From NCBI GenBank assembly GCA_010909165.1, contig MU008162.1, positions 1,240,001 through 1,304,000 on the forward strand: a stretch of DNA of 64,000 nt. The letters run 5' to 3'. Both the position numbers and the translations under genes were made by a program. Of this stretch, positions 36,383 to 48,202 are shown in pieces (the stretch's first letter is position 1; each line of letters opens with the position of its first letter). This DNA is from Anthoceros angustus. Taxonomy: Eukaryota > Plantae > Anthocerotophyta. The notes under the pieces were generated by a model, which was not told the origin of the DNA, did no database searches, and was given only the letters and a program-made list of their open reading frames with translations.

Positions 36383-39300
36383 TCACGGTCGACCCTTACA
36401 ACTGCAACAACCAGCTGCGAATCGATGCACTCGGTACCCATCCCTTACAACAATGTCTCTCTGTTCAAGCCTTGACATGATCTCCGTGGAGTTGTGGCAG
36501 TCACTGCACATGCGTAGATTCTTCGTTACCACCAGAGGTGTCCCACTCGGAGTGTTCAAGAGACCAAACGCCAGAGCTAGCTTCTCAGCATGCCCACAAA
36601 GCGCATCTTCCTTTTCCTTCTCAGACAGAGCCTTCAACACCAGCTTTGTGTGAGGTACATGGCCTCCTTCCTGCTTCAGACGCGCATTCGTGCTCTCTAC
36701 TTTAAGCGCAATATCATCTCTCTTTTCTCCCACCAGAAACCTATGAACCTGCGTGTTCACCTCAACGGTCGCCACTGCAGGCTTCTTGTTAGCTCCTGCT
36801 ACCCTTCTCTGTGTTTCGATCCTGTCTACATCGGTCCACCTACCTGCATCTGCGTAGGCCTTGGCCATGAGCACATATGCAGATGAATTTTGAGGGTCCA
36901 GCGTAACAATGCTATCAAAGCACCACATCGCCCTCTTTATATCCCCGTGACTTTTGCAGGCATTCAACAAAGACGTCAAGCCCACAACATTACTCTGCCC
37001 CTCACATGATAATAGCATCTCCTCTGCCTCATCTAAATGGCCTGCCCGCCCAAGAAGATCAATCATACAAATGTAGTGCTCAATAGTAGGTTTGATGCCA
37101 TGCCGTTCAGCCATGGAATCGAAGTGCTTGCGACCCTCGTGGACCAGTCCCTCATGACTGCATGCTACTAAAAGGCAAGTAAAAGTAGCATCACTAGGCT
37201 GAACACCGGCAACTAACATCTCCTCAAAACAAGCTAGTGCCTTGTGCCCTTCATCACAAGTGCCATACCCAGATATCAGGGCGGTCCATGTCACCACATT
37301 CTTGGTGTTCATACTGTCAAAAACCTGGCGTGCATGTTCCAGTTCACCACATTTCGCATACATGTCCACCAGGGAGGTGCCCAACACTACGTTATCCAGC
37401 AGTCCTCTTACGACAATCTCAGAGTGCAGCTGCCTGCCCTTCTGTAAGGCACCAGTGCTTGCACAGGCCTTCAGAAGGCAAGCAAAAGTAAAATCGTCAG
37501 CCAAAATGAGGCCCGCCTCCTCCATTTGTTCATACGCAACAAGCGCCTCTTGGCCGAGTCCTTGCTGTGCATACCCAGCAATCAGGGCGGTCCATGTCAC
37601 CACATCCTTTGTGGCCAAGCTGTCAAAAACCTGGCGTGCATCTTCCAGTTCACCACATTTTGCATACATGTCCACCAGGCAGGTGCCCACCATGTCATCC
37701 AGCAGTCCTCTTTCAACAATCTGTGAGTGCAGCTGCCTGCCCTTCTGTAAGGCACCAGTGCTTGCACAGGCCTTCAGAAGGCAAGCAAAAGTAACATGGT
37801 CAGCCAAAATGAGGCCCGCCTCCTCCATTTGTCCATACAAAACAAGCGCCTCTTGGCCGAGTCCTTGCTGTGCATACCCAGCAATCAGGGCATTCCATGT
37901 CACCACATCCTTTGTATTCATGCTGTCAAAAACCTGGCGTGCATCTTTCAGTTCACCACATTTTGCATACATGTCCACCAGGCAGGTTCCCAGCACTACA
38001 TTATCCAGCAGTCCTCTTCGACAATCTGTGAGTGCAGCTGCCTGCCCTTCTGTAAGGCACCAGTGCTTGCACAGGCCTTCAGAAGGCAAGCAAAAGTAAC
38101 ATGGTCAGCCAAAATCAGCCCTCCTGCTCCATTTGTCCATACAACAAGCGCCTTTGTCCGAGTCCTTGCTGTGCATACCCAGCAATCAGGGCATTCCATG
38201 TCACCACATCCTTTGTGGCCAAGCTGTCAAAAACCTGGCGTGCATCTTCCAGTTCACCACATTTTGCATACATGTCCACCAGGTGCCCACCACCATGTCA
38301 TCCAGCAGTCCTCTTTCGACAATCTCAGAGTGCAGCTGCCTGCCCTTCTGTAAGGCACCAGTGCTTGCACAGGCCTTCAGAAGGCAAAAGTAACATGGTT
38401 AGCCAAAATCAGCCCTCCTGCTCCATTTGTCCATACAGAACAAGCGCCTCTTGGCCGAGTCCTTGCTCTGCATACCCAGATATCAGGGCATTCCATGTCA
38501 CCACATCCTTTGAGGCCATGCTGTCAAAAACCTGGCGTGCATCCTTCAGTTCACCACGTTTTGCATACCCAGCAATCAGGGCGGTCCATGTCACCACATC
38601 CTTTGTGGCCATGCTGTCAAAAACCTGGCGTGCATCTTTCAGTTCGCCACATTTTGCATACATGTCCACCAGGCAGTTGCCAACAAACAAGTTAGTAGGA
38701 ATGCCACTGTGCAACACATCACAGTGCACTTTTCGGCCAGATTCCAAGTCGGCAGCAAATGCACAAGCTTGAAGGGCTGCTACAAAGACGTGAGCATCCG
38801 CCTTCACTCCTGACCTGTGCATCTCATGGTACAATTCTATGGACTCATTAGGTTTACCGCGCTTAGCATATCCAGAGAATATGGAAAACCACATGAAGGC
38901 ATTTGGTTTACTCACCCTGGTGAACACATTCATGGCCTCCTCTAGCCTACCTCCACATGCATACATGCGCAAGATATGGTTCCCCAAGTATGCATTCGAC
39001 TCGTACCCAAGTTTGACAGTGAGATCATGAACTCGTCGCCCCACAACCAAATCCTTCTTAGCTGTACACAGTTCAGCACAGTGTAAAACAGAGACTGAGA
39101 AATAGAGTCTGTCTGCGCCAGAGATTCCAGGGCTCCAACGGCCTCAGAAAGCTTCCCTGCTGACATAACGTGCTCACGGTTACAGCCGTTACGACGCCCA
39201 TTTCCGATCCTGCACGCCTGCCAGGTTCAGGCTTATCCGGAGAGCTGGACTGGAAGGAGGCACCATGACCCATCTGCATATCCAAGGAAACGAGCTGCTC

Positions 39301-39656
39301 ATCAACCCAAGCTGGCTTGAACATGCTGTTTAACCACAGCACCTCGCCGGACCCTTACGCCGGAAGTCAGGCGAACGGGAGCTCTTCTTATCTCGTCTGT
39401 TGTCCCACCACATGGTAGGGTCCAGAAAAATTGTTGCCACAAGTGCTCCTGCTCCTGGCAACGACCATCGCTGGAAAACCGTCCCCACCACATTTTTCTC
39501 GGAAGTGGAAGTGCTGGGCTCCTTACACTGCTGCACCTGGAGGATTTGTTTGCCAGGGTTGACTCCCAGCGATGAGGTGAGCGGAGCTCCTGTAGAATCC
39601 CTGTACACACCAATTTGTTGGGTCCACAACGGGTCCGGTTGCCATACTGTGGCCAT
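36383..39656 (-). CDS. PLS-class PPR protein with E1/E2 and DYW:KP (GRP-type) deaminase and an N-terminal OSB-like PDF motif; apparent frameshifts in the 5' half
   Basis: Repeated L1-S1-P1 triplets (~305 bp), P2-L2-S2-E1-E2, KKPAVATVEV (KPAxA box), HAEKLA, CSDCH, C-terminal CSCKGRP. No introns seen. Start position is approximate. Confidence 0.9.
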
Positions 39657-40882
39657 CGTTCAGGGACCGCTGTTGGGAAGATGATCTAACAACAGACTAT
39701 GGCAGAATGCCCAGGTGCTGTGTATGACCACACCATACGGGCTGGGCTGGCTCCGATGCCGCAGCCTAACAAACAATACAGTTTCCTCGGCTGTGCAGAT
39801 TTTGCCGGTCCGCAGTTGGTGGTCTTTGTGGGTGCCAAGGACGGAACAAGGAGACAAAACAGGTGCAGGCAGGTGAAGATTTTGCCCGGAGGTAACCATA
39901 TGTCTTTGGCAATACAAGGAAAATATGAGCCTCATATTTTCCTCGTATTTCTAAAATTTTCTCTACATTTGAGCTCGTTACAAATAGTTAGCCCAACTGG
40001 GATGATTTACGTATGTGTACTCGTTTTCTCTCGTTGTATTATCTCTATCCTATATGGTCCTTCCATCCTTAGATGAAGGTTCAAGGCAAGTTCGAATATT
40101 CGAACTACTTGGATTAGCCAGACCTTTGTCCCACTTTCTTGGGCAGGTCGAGAAGTAAGACATTCGACAAAAGTTGTAAAGATAACGATAAAAGACACAC
40201 CACAAAATAGTTGTGAATAATTATTGATTTTACCAATGGTTAGGCCCTTTTGCATATATGTTAGTTGGGTGATGATGGGGATGTGGGCTACTCATGCCCG
40301 GACATTGACCTAAAGTGCACTGGGAGATATGAGAAAGGGATCTTTATTGCTGCACTGAAAATACTAGCCTTGATTCTTCTATTATAATGAATGTCACGCA
40401 GGATCTTGACAACGGGAGCTAATAGGATCAATAGGGAATTTCAAGCAATCTCCACATTGGGCAGCAAATAATCTCACAAGATAAAAAGTCTCAGTAGCCT
40501 ACCCATAAAATGCGAAGAAAATGGGGAATAAATAAGCAGCAATAGTAACTAGGATATCTAGATGTAGGCAATGTTAGAAACCACGAATTTATAGGGAAGC
40601 TCCCATGTGGTGTAGGCGTGTTGGCAATCAACATCATGCATTGCACCCAATCAATGGGTATTTGTAGCAAGTGAGCAAAAGTAGTGTTGTGTTTAGGTAC
40701 TTTCTTTTTCCAAAGCTCCTATTGGTTGCCCAATGTTCTTTTGCAAGACAAAGTTGTAAAGATAACGATAAAAGACACACCACAAAATAGTTGTGAATAA
40801 TTATTGATTTTACCAATGGTTAGGCCCTTTTGCATATATGTTAGTTGGGTGATGATGGGGATGTGGGCTACTCATGCCCGGA

Positions 40883-43140
40883 CAGAGTGCAGCTGCCTGC
40901 CCTTCTGTAAGGCACCAGTGCTTGCACAGGCCTTCAGAAGGCAAGCAAAAGTAACATGGTCAGCCAAAATGAGGCCCTCCTCCATTTGTCCATACAACAA
41001 GCGCCTCTTGGCGAGTCCTTGCATACCCAGCAATCAGGGCGGTCCATGTCACCACATTCTTTGTGGCCAAGCTGTCAAAAACCTGGCGTGCATCTTCCAG
41101 TTCACCACATTTTGCATACATGTCCACCAGGCAGGTGCCCACCACCATGTCATCCAGCAGTCCTCTTTCAACAATCTGCAAGTGCAGCTGCCTGCCCTGG
41201 TGCAAGGCACCAGTGCTTGCACAGGCCTTCAGAAGGCAAGCAAAGGTAACAACTTCAGCCAAAATGAGGCCCGCCTCTTCCATTTGTCCATACAGAACAA
41301 GCGCCTCTTGGCCGAGTCCTTGCTGTGTATATCCAGCGATCAGGGCATTCCAAGTCACCACATCCTTTGTATTCATGCTGTCAAACACCAGGCGTGCATC
41401 TTTCAGTTCACCACATTTTGCATACATGTCCACCAGGCAGGTGCCCAGCACTACATTATCCAGCAGTCCTCTTTCCACAATCTGTGAGTGCAGCTGCCTG
41501 CCCTTCTGTAACGCACTAGTGCTTGCACAGGCCTTCAGAAGGCAAGCAAAAGTAACATGGTCAGCCAAAATCCGGCCCTCTTGCTCCATTTGTCCAAACA
41601 TGGCAAGTGCCATTTGTCCGAGCCCTTGTTGTGCATACCCAGCGATCAGGGCATTCCATGTCGCCACATCCTTTGTGGCCAAGCTTTCAAAAACCTGGCG
41701 TGCATCTTCCAGTTCACCACATTTTGCATACATGTCCACTAGGCAGGTGCCCACCACCATGTCACCCAGCAGTCCTCTTTCGACAATCTGTGAGTGCAGC
41801 TGCCTGCCCTTCTGCAAGGCACCAGTACTGGCACAGACATTCAGAAGGCAAGCAAAAGTAACATGATTAGCCAAAATCAGCCCCTCCTGCTCCATTTGTC
41901 CATACAGAACAAGTGCCTCATGTCCGAACCCTTGCTCGGCATACCCAGATATCAGGGCATTCCATGTCACCACATCCTTTGAGACCATGCTGTCAAAAAC
42001 CTGGCGTGCATCCTTCAGTTCACCACGTTTTGAATACCCAGCAATCAGAGTATTCCATGTCACCACATCCTTTGTGGCCATGCTGTCAAAAACCTGGCGA
42101 GCATCTTTCAGTTCGCCACATTTTGCATACATGTCTACCAGGCAGTTGAAAACAAACAAGTTAGTAGAAATGCCACTGTGCAACACATCACAGTGCACTT
42201 TTCTGCCAGATTCCAAGTCGGCAGCAAATGCACACGCTTGTAGGGCAGCTACGAAGACATGACCATTCGCCTTCACTCCTGACCTACGCATCTCATGGTA
42301 CAGTTGTATGGCCTCATCCGGTTTCCCATGTTTAGCATATGCAAAGATTATGGAAACCACATGAAGGCATCTGGTTTGCCCACCTTGGTGAACACATCCA
42401 TGGCCTCCTCTAGCCTACCTCCACATGCATACATGCGCAAAATATGGTTCCCCAAGAATGCATTCGACTCGTACCCAAGTTTGACAGTGAGATCATGAAC
42501 TCGTCTCCCCACAACCAAATCCTTCTTAGCTGTACACAGATTCAGCACAGTGCAAAACAGAGATTGGGCAACAGTAGAGTCTGTCTGCGCCAAAGATTCC
42601 AGGGCTCCAACAGCCTCAGAAAGCTTCCCCTGCCGACATAACGTGCTCACGGTTACAGCCGTAACGACGCCCATTTCCCAACCTGCACGGCTGCCAGATT
42701 CAGACTCATCCAGAGAGCTGGACGGTAGGCCAGGCGCCTATAGACACCTGCGCATCCAATGAAACGAGCTGCTCATCAACCCAAGCTGGCTTGAGCCTGC
42801 TGTTTAACCACAGCACCTCGCCGGACCCCTTACGCCGGAAGTCAGGGGAACGCGAGCTCTTCTTATCTCGTCTGTTGTCCCACCACATGGTAGGGTCCAG
42901 GAAAAATTGTTGCCACAACTGCTCTTGCTCCTGGAAACGACCATCGCTGGAAAAACCGTCCCCACCCACACCTTTTCTCGGAAGTGGAAGTGCTGGGCTC
43001 CTTACACTGCTGCACCTGGAGGATTTGTTTGCCGGGGATTGACTCCCAGCGATGAGGTGAGCGGGAGCTCCTCGTAAAATTCCTGGACAAACACCAATTT
43101 GTTGGGTCCACAACGGGTCCGGTTGCCATACCGTGGCCAT
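40883..43140 (-). pseudogene. Second PDF-motif PLS-PPR copy, truncated before the E/DYW domains
   Basis: Paralogous to 37430-39656. The PPR tract stops abruptly at 40883, where it joins duplicated upstream DNA. Confidence 0.8.
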
Positions 43141-44255
43141 CGTTCAGGGACCGCTGTTGGGAAGATGATCTAACAACAGACTATGGCAGAATGCCCAGGT
43201 GCTGTGTATGACCACACCATACGGGCTGGGCTGGCTCCGATGCCGCAGCCTAACAAACAATACAGTTTCCTCGGCCGCTGTGCAGATTTTGCCGGTCCCG
43301 CAGTTGGTGGTCTTTGTGGGTGCCAAGGACGGAACAAGGAGACAAAACAGGTGCAGGCAGGTGAAGATTTGCCCGGAGGTAACCATATGTCTTTGGCAAT
43401 ACAAGGAAAATATGAGCCTCATATTTTCCTCGTATTTCTAAAATTTTCTCTACATTTGAGCTCGTTACAAATAGTTAGCCCAACTGGGATGATTTACGTA
43501 TGTGTACTCGTTTTTCTCTCGTTGTATTATCTCTATCCTATATGGTCCTTCCATCCTTAGATGAAGGTTCAAGGCAAGTTCGAATATTCGAACTACTTGG
43601 ATTGGCCAGACCTTTGTCCCACTTTCTTGGGCAGGTCGAGAAGTAAGACATTCGACAAAAGTTGTAAAAGATAACGATAAAAGACACACCACAAAATAGT
43701 TGTGAATAATTATTGATTTTTACCAATGGTTAGGCCCTTTTGCATATATGTTAGTTGGGTGACTGATGGGGATGTGGGCTACTCATGCCCGGACATTGAC
43801 CTAAAGTGCATTCTGGGAGATACAGAAAGGGATCTTTATTGCTGCAGCGGCTGAAAATACTAGCCTTGATTCTTCTATTATAATGAATGTCACCCAGGAT
43901 CTTGACAACGGGAGCTAATAGGATCAATAGGGAATTTCAAGCAATCTCCACATTGGGCAGCAAATAATCTCACAAGATAAAAAGTCTCAGTAGCCTACCC
44001 ATAAAATGCGAAGAAAATGGGGAATAAATAAGCAGCAATAGTAACTAGGATATCTAGATGTAGGCAATGTTAGAAACCACGAATTTATAGGGAAGCTCCC
44101 ATGTGGTGTAGGCGTGTTGGCAATCAACATCATGCATTGCACCTGTAATCAATGGGTATTTGTAGCAAGTGAGCAGAAAGTAGTGTTGTGTTTAGGTACT
44201 TTTCTTTTTCCAAAGCTCCTATTGGTTGCCCAATGTTCTTTTGCAAGACAAAGTT
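43141..44255. repeat. Near-identical duplicate of 39657-40755 (upstream region of the PPR genes)
   Basis: Colinear sequence differing mostly by 1-4 nt indels. Confidence 0.92.
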
Positions 44256-46419
44256 TCTAGACGGATAAAACGGCCCCACATTTGGGGGTGCTATCTAGTT
44301 GGAGGCATAAACTTTGTGAGCTTCGTACTCGGACAACAAATTGGAACAAGAATATCGTCAAAGATGTGTACTCGATATCCTTATGGGTTGCATTGTTGAA
44401 AAAGCTGTGGCTGACAAACCTTAGAATCATGCCCTTGTCTCCTCCTCTACCTATACGGCCGAAACTAGAAAACAACAATAGCAACTAGGATAGGGTCCAT
44501 GCATAGTTAGGAGTACTACTAATAGTAGTAACGCATGAAACATCTTGAAGGTGTCACTTTTTGTCACTTTGAGGAGAAACCTATTGTATCTCCTAACCTA
44601 CAAAGTTCAATGAAGATGATAGTTTTTGGGGAGAATTATATACACGTATTAAATATGCCTACCAAGATTTAACTCCATTTAAGAAGTGAAGAAGAAGAGA
44701 AAAAACTGAGAAAGTTCATAAAATTGTCATACCACATTGATAGGAAAATAAGTACATTTATTTGTTTTTAGGCAATAGGCTTTGAACAAAAGTTCCGTGA
44801 CGTGTTCACACGAGCGAGCTTTTCTCGGTCAAACTTATCCCAAGGACCCCAATTTAGATATGTCAAAGTATATATCGAAGTCCCCATTTCGCAAATACCT
44901 GGAGATGCAAACCCTCTACCCTGCAACTCGTTTCTTGCACCCGGTTTGAGCTGAGGTGGCCAGAGCAGCAGGAGTACGTGGCCGGAGCGGCAAGAGGATG
45001 TTGGTGTCTAATAGAAATAGATAGTAGAGCAGGCCGCAAGTGAGGGAATGAAGGATAACAACTAAGGCTGCCACAACGGTCACTTGGGCGCATACAATAG
45101 CTTGGTTAAAGTTGTTGAGATATACAATTAACTTCTATTTCAAAAAAAACAAGGCCAGCTCGAGTTGCCAGAAGAAGGCGAGTGGACTGAAGAGGCACGG
45201 TTCGAGTATGAATATATTAGGGTTACACGCTGAAGGGGGGGAGCGTGTGCTAAGAGGTGATAAGACGTGAAGGTCAGTGTAGGTGGACGGACATCAAAGT
45301 CTTTGAATGTCTAGAGAAGATACTAGGCTACGTAAGGAATACAATGTACCCTTGATAGTTGCACCGTTGTAGACACGTATCATCAATAGAGAAGTTGTGT
45401 CTCAGTCACCACCATCCGAGGTTAACATTTTGTGTGTCATAGTAGCTTTGATACAATACCGTCATACCCAAATATGTGGGTCAGATTGATAGTACATATT
45501 TTGTATGAACATCTACGATCTCGGAATCCAGTGTGGAACGTAGCGCAGATTTTAGCACGGGGACTGGCCATTGCTGAACTTGAGAAGCTGTTTGCATTTG
45601 CTACCAAGGGTGTTGAACGCTGGTGTGCTGTGAGAGGGACGTGGGAAACGCCCTTGGTTGTATAGGTGAATGTAGCTCACGGGTGCGAAGAGTGGTTATT
45701 CTCATCAAAGTGGAGGAATCGGGATGCGTACATAATATTTGAGAACCATCTCACATGGAGAATACGTACCGTGGTGCTTGAACATATTAGAGGAAGGCAG
45801 AGGGCGGAACACGAAAGGAGGGAAGAACTCAAGGAAGCTGCAAGTAAGCTTGGGACACCTTCAACTGGGATGATGGGTGACACAAGTCAGCAAGTTAGTC
45901 TTGACTAGCTAGCTCAGCTGTTTCTACAGCAGAGCCAGCTGATGGTAAGCTTACTTATTTGTGTGAGCGTATGTTTTCAATTCAAACAATTCCGACACAC
46001 TAATAATCATTTTTTGAGTTGGTTCGCTACAAGGGACAAAAACTAATGTATCTTTCTGGGTCAGATGGACTCCGAAAAGGGTACCAAATGAGGCGTTACA
46101 CTCATCGCGAATTCTCCTGTAAGGGACTCCGAAATTGAAAACACAACGTGGACTCTTGACTGTGTGAAGGCACCCTGCTTGACTGACCAGAAATGAAGTC
46201 CTTCGGTGTGGTATGTAGATGCACAACATGCAAGCTCAGGTCTTACTGGGTTGAAGGGCAATGCCATCGTAACGAGGAAAAATGCAACGACTGTATGTGC
46301 AGCGTATTTGTCAGGCCACACAATTAGAAGGTGTGATTGAATTGTCTCTACTGTAAGCCGCGACAAAATTGGCATCCTAGTTACTCGAATAGCAAGTCAG
46401 TCACTTCAACAACCAAAGC

Positions 46420-47439
46420 CTAGTCTACAATCCCACTAACCGCTTCTACATCTACGTCACCCATTCCTGTATCCTCCTCTTCTTCGCTGTCAAGGTCGCC
46501 ATCAACCTCACGATTAGCATCTCCGAGCTTCTGCAATGTCTCTGCCAGTAGTCTGTCATCTCTCTCACTTACAGCCCTCGGAGCCTCCTTGACGGTAAGT
46601 TTTCCAAGGTGCTTCTCAATTTCCTTGGTGCAAGATTTCACAGCTGCATTGAGCACCTCCAAGCCAAGATCCTTGTCAAGAGTCTGAGTTGTAAGGACAT
46701 ACAAAGGTGGAGCAACGAGCTTGATCTTGACAGGACACTCCGGTGTTCCAGCTCTCTCAGCGGCTCTCATGGCATCTTTGATATGCAGCACACCATCATA
46801 CTGGAAGCACTTGAGCTCAATATCCGCCCGGATCTTCAAGGGCTGAGGAGTCATCCTCCGCCTGATGTTCTTAATCAAGGCTTCCTTCACCTCCTCTGTC
46901 ATGGCAGGCTCGGTTCTGGTCACCGTCTGTCCGTCTGCACCAACTTCTGTCACTTCCCTTGTGAGGCCATTCAGCACAGAGTCAGGATCAGCCACAATCT
47001 GCCTAAAAGCCTCAAAAGCATGTCCATATCGCCTGTACAGCGGCCAGGCCACATGGATGTACAGATCCTCCAAATCAACCTCCATAGTCTCGGCAACGTG
47101 CCTCATGATCGAATGCACCAATTTGCTCTTGTTAAAGCGGTCGTCACAGACAGTGATGTCCTCTTCCGACACCCGCCGCTTGCTAAGATCAATATAGCCT
47201 TTGTCCTTGTCCACCCTAAGCACCATCACCGGCTCCTGGCGGCCAACCTTGATGAGGCTGCTGATACTTCTGATCCGGCGCCGTGACAACTCCGACAGCA
47301 AAATCATCCCTTCTATGTTGTTGTACTCCAGAAGAGCAACATAAGCCCCCATCTCCGCAATATTCTTCACCTGCACCATCACCACATCGTCCACCTCAGG
47401 AAACCGCGCCTCATACATGCGGCAATCGGTGATCGTCAT
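46420..47439 (-). CDS. eIF2A: Translation initiation factor eIF2 alpha subunit, intronless CDS
   Basis: ATG at 47439: MTITDCRMYEARFPEVDDVVMV...GMILLSELSRRRIRS (phospho-Ser motif), KGYIDL, VAPPLYV, acidic C-terminal tail. Confidence 0.97.
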   Translation of the reverse strand: MTITDCRMYEARFPEVDDVVMVQVKNIAEMGAYVALLEYNNIEGMILLSELSRRRIRSISSLIKVGRQEPVMVLRVDKDKGYIDLSKRRVSEEDITVCDDRFNKSKLVHSIMRHVAETMEVDLEDLYIHVAWPLYRRYGHAFEAFRQIVADPDSVLNGLTREVTEVGADGQTVTRTEPAMTEEVKEALIKNIRRRMTPQPLKIRADIELKCFQYDGVLHIKDAMRAAERAGTPECPVKIKLVAPPLYVLTTQTLDKDLGLEVLNAAVKSCTKEIEKHLGKLTVKEAPRAVSERDDRLLAETLQKLGDANREVDGDLDSEEEEDTGMGDVDVEAVSGIVD

Positions 47440-48202
47440 GGTTGCTAGTCCGTCCGACGGGGCCGAGACGAGACTGCTACATGCGGACAAACCTAGCAGT
47501 GTGAAAACTTTCTCGCCATTGTAGACTAAAATTTTTTAAGTCTGACGTAAACTGAGCGTGAAGTTTGGTTTCAAGTTCTGGGCTCGGCCGTCTGGCCGGG
47601 AGCTACATACTTCCTGAAAGACTCGCAACTGCCGAAGTTCCCGCCATTTTTCTCGGACGCAAATCGCCTGCAACCCTGGCGCCCATGGTCTGGAGCGTCT
47701 AGGCGCTGTGGGCGCAAATGGACAAGGCCTGGCGACGCGCATGATGCAAGGATGCTGGATGATGAGCCAGAGGCAGAGGCGAGCAAGAGATGCAGGGACC
47801 AAGCGAAGCTTTTCAGTGCATGAACACGTCAGGTTTGCTGGCATCAAGGGAAGCTCAGATCAGATTGCGTCATAGTGGGGAGCAACACTCGTCTTATCCG
47901 CTCCGGAGATATGCCTGGTGCAGCTTGGTGAGGTGGAATCGCGGCACAAAAGGAGCGATTCAGCTCCCTAGCTGTTCCAGTACCTAGCATGAGCCGGTTC
48001 GGTCCAATGTCAGATGGCTGGAGGGGCGTTCAGGGCGGGAGTGGCGAGGTATTCTGGAGGGCTGGCTGCAGCATGAGAGTGAAACGCGGGAAGAGCTAAA
48101 GCCTCTTCTTTTCGTGCACTGCTGCCCTCTGGTTGTCCTTGGGAAATTTGTTCCGTGGGTCGCACGTTTTCTGGGACAGGCTGGATCTGATTCTGGAGGA
48201 GA

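Noticed and set aside
37242-41866. Long + strand ORFs opposite the PPR genes (also those opposite eIF2-alpha and QS)
   Set aside because: Antisense shadows of real minus-strand genes.
44860-45910. Possible LINE 3' remnant
   Set aside because: Trp-rich short ORFs are suggestive, but no diagnostic RT or zinc-finger motif could be read.
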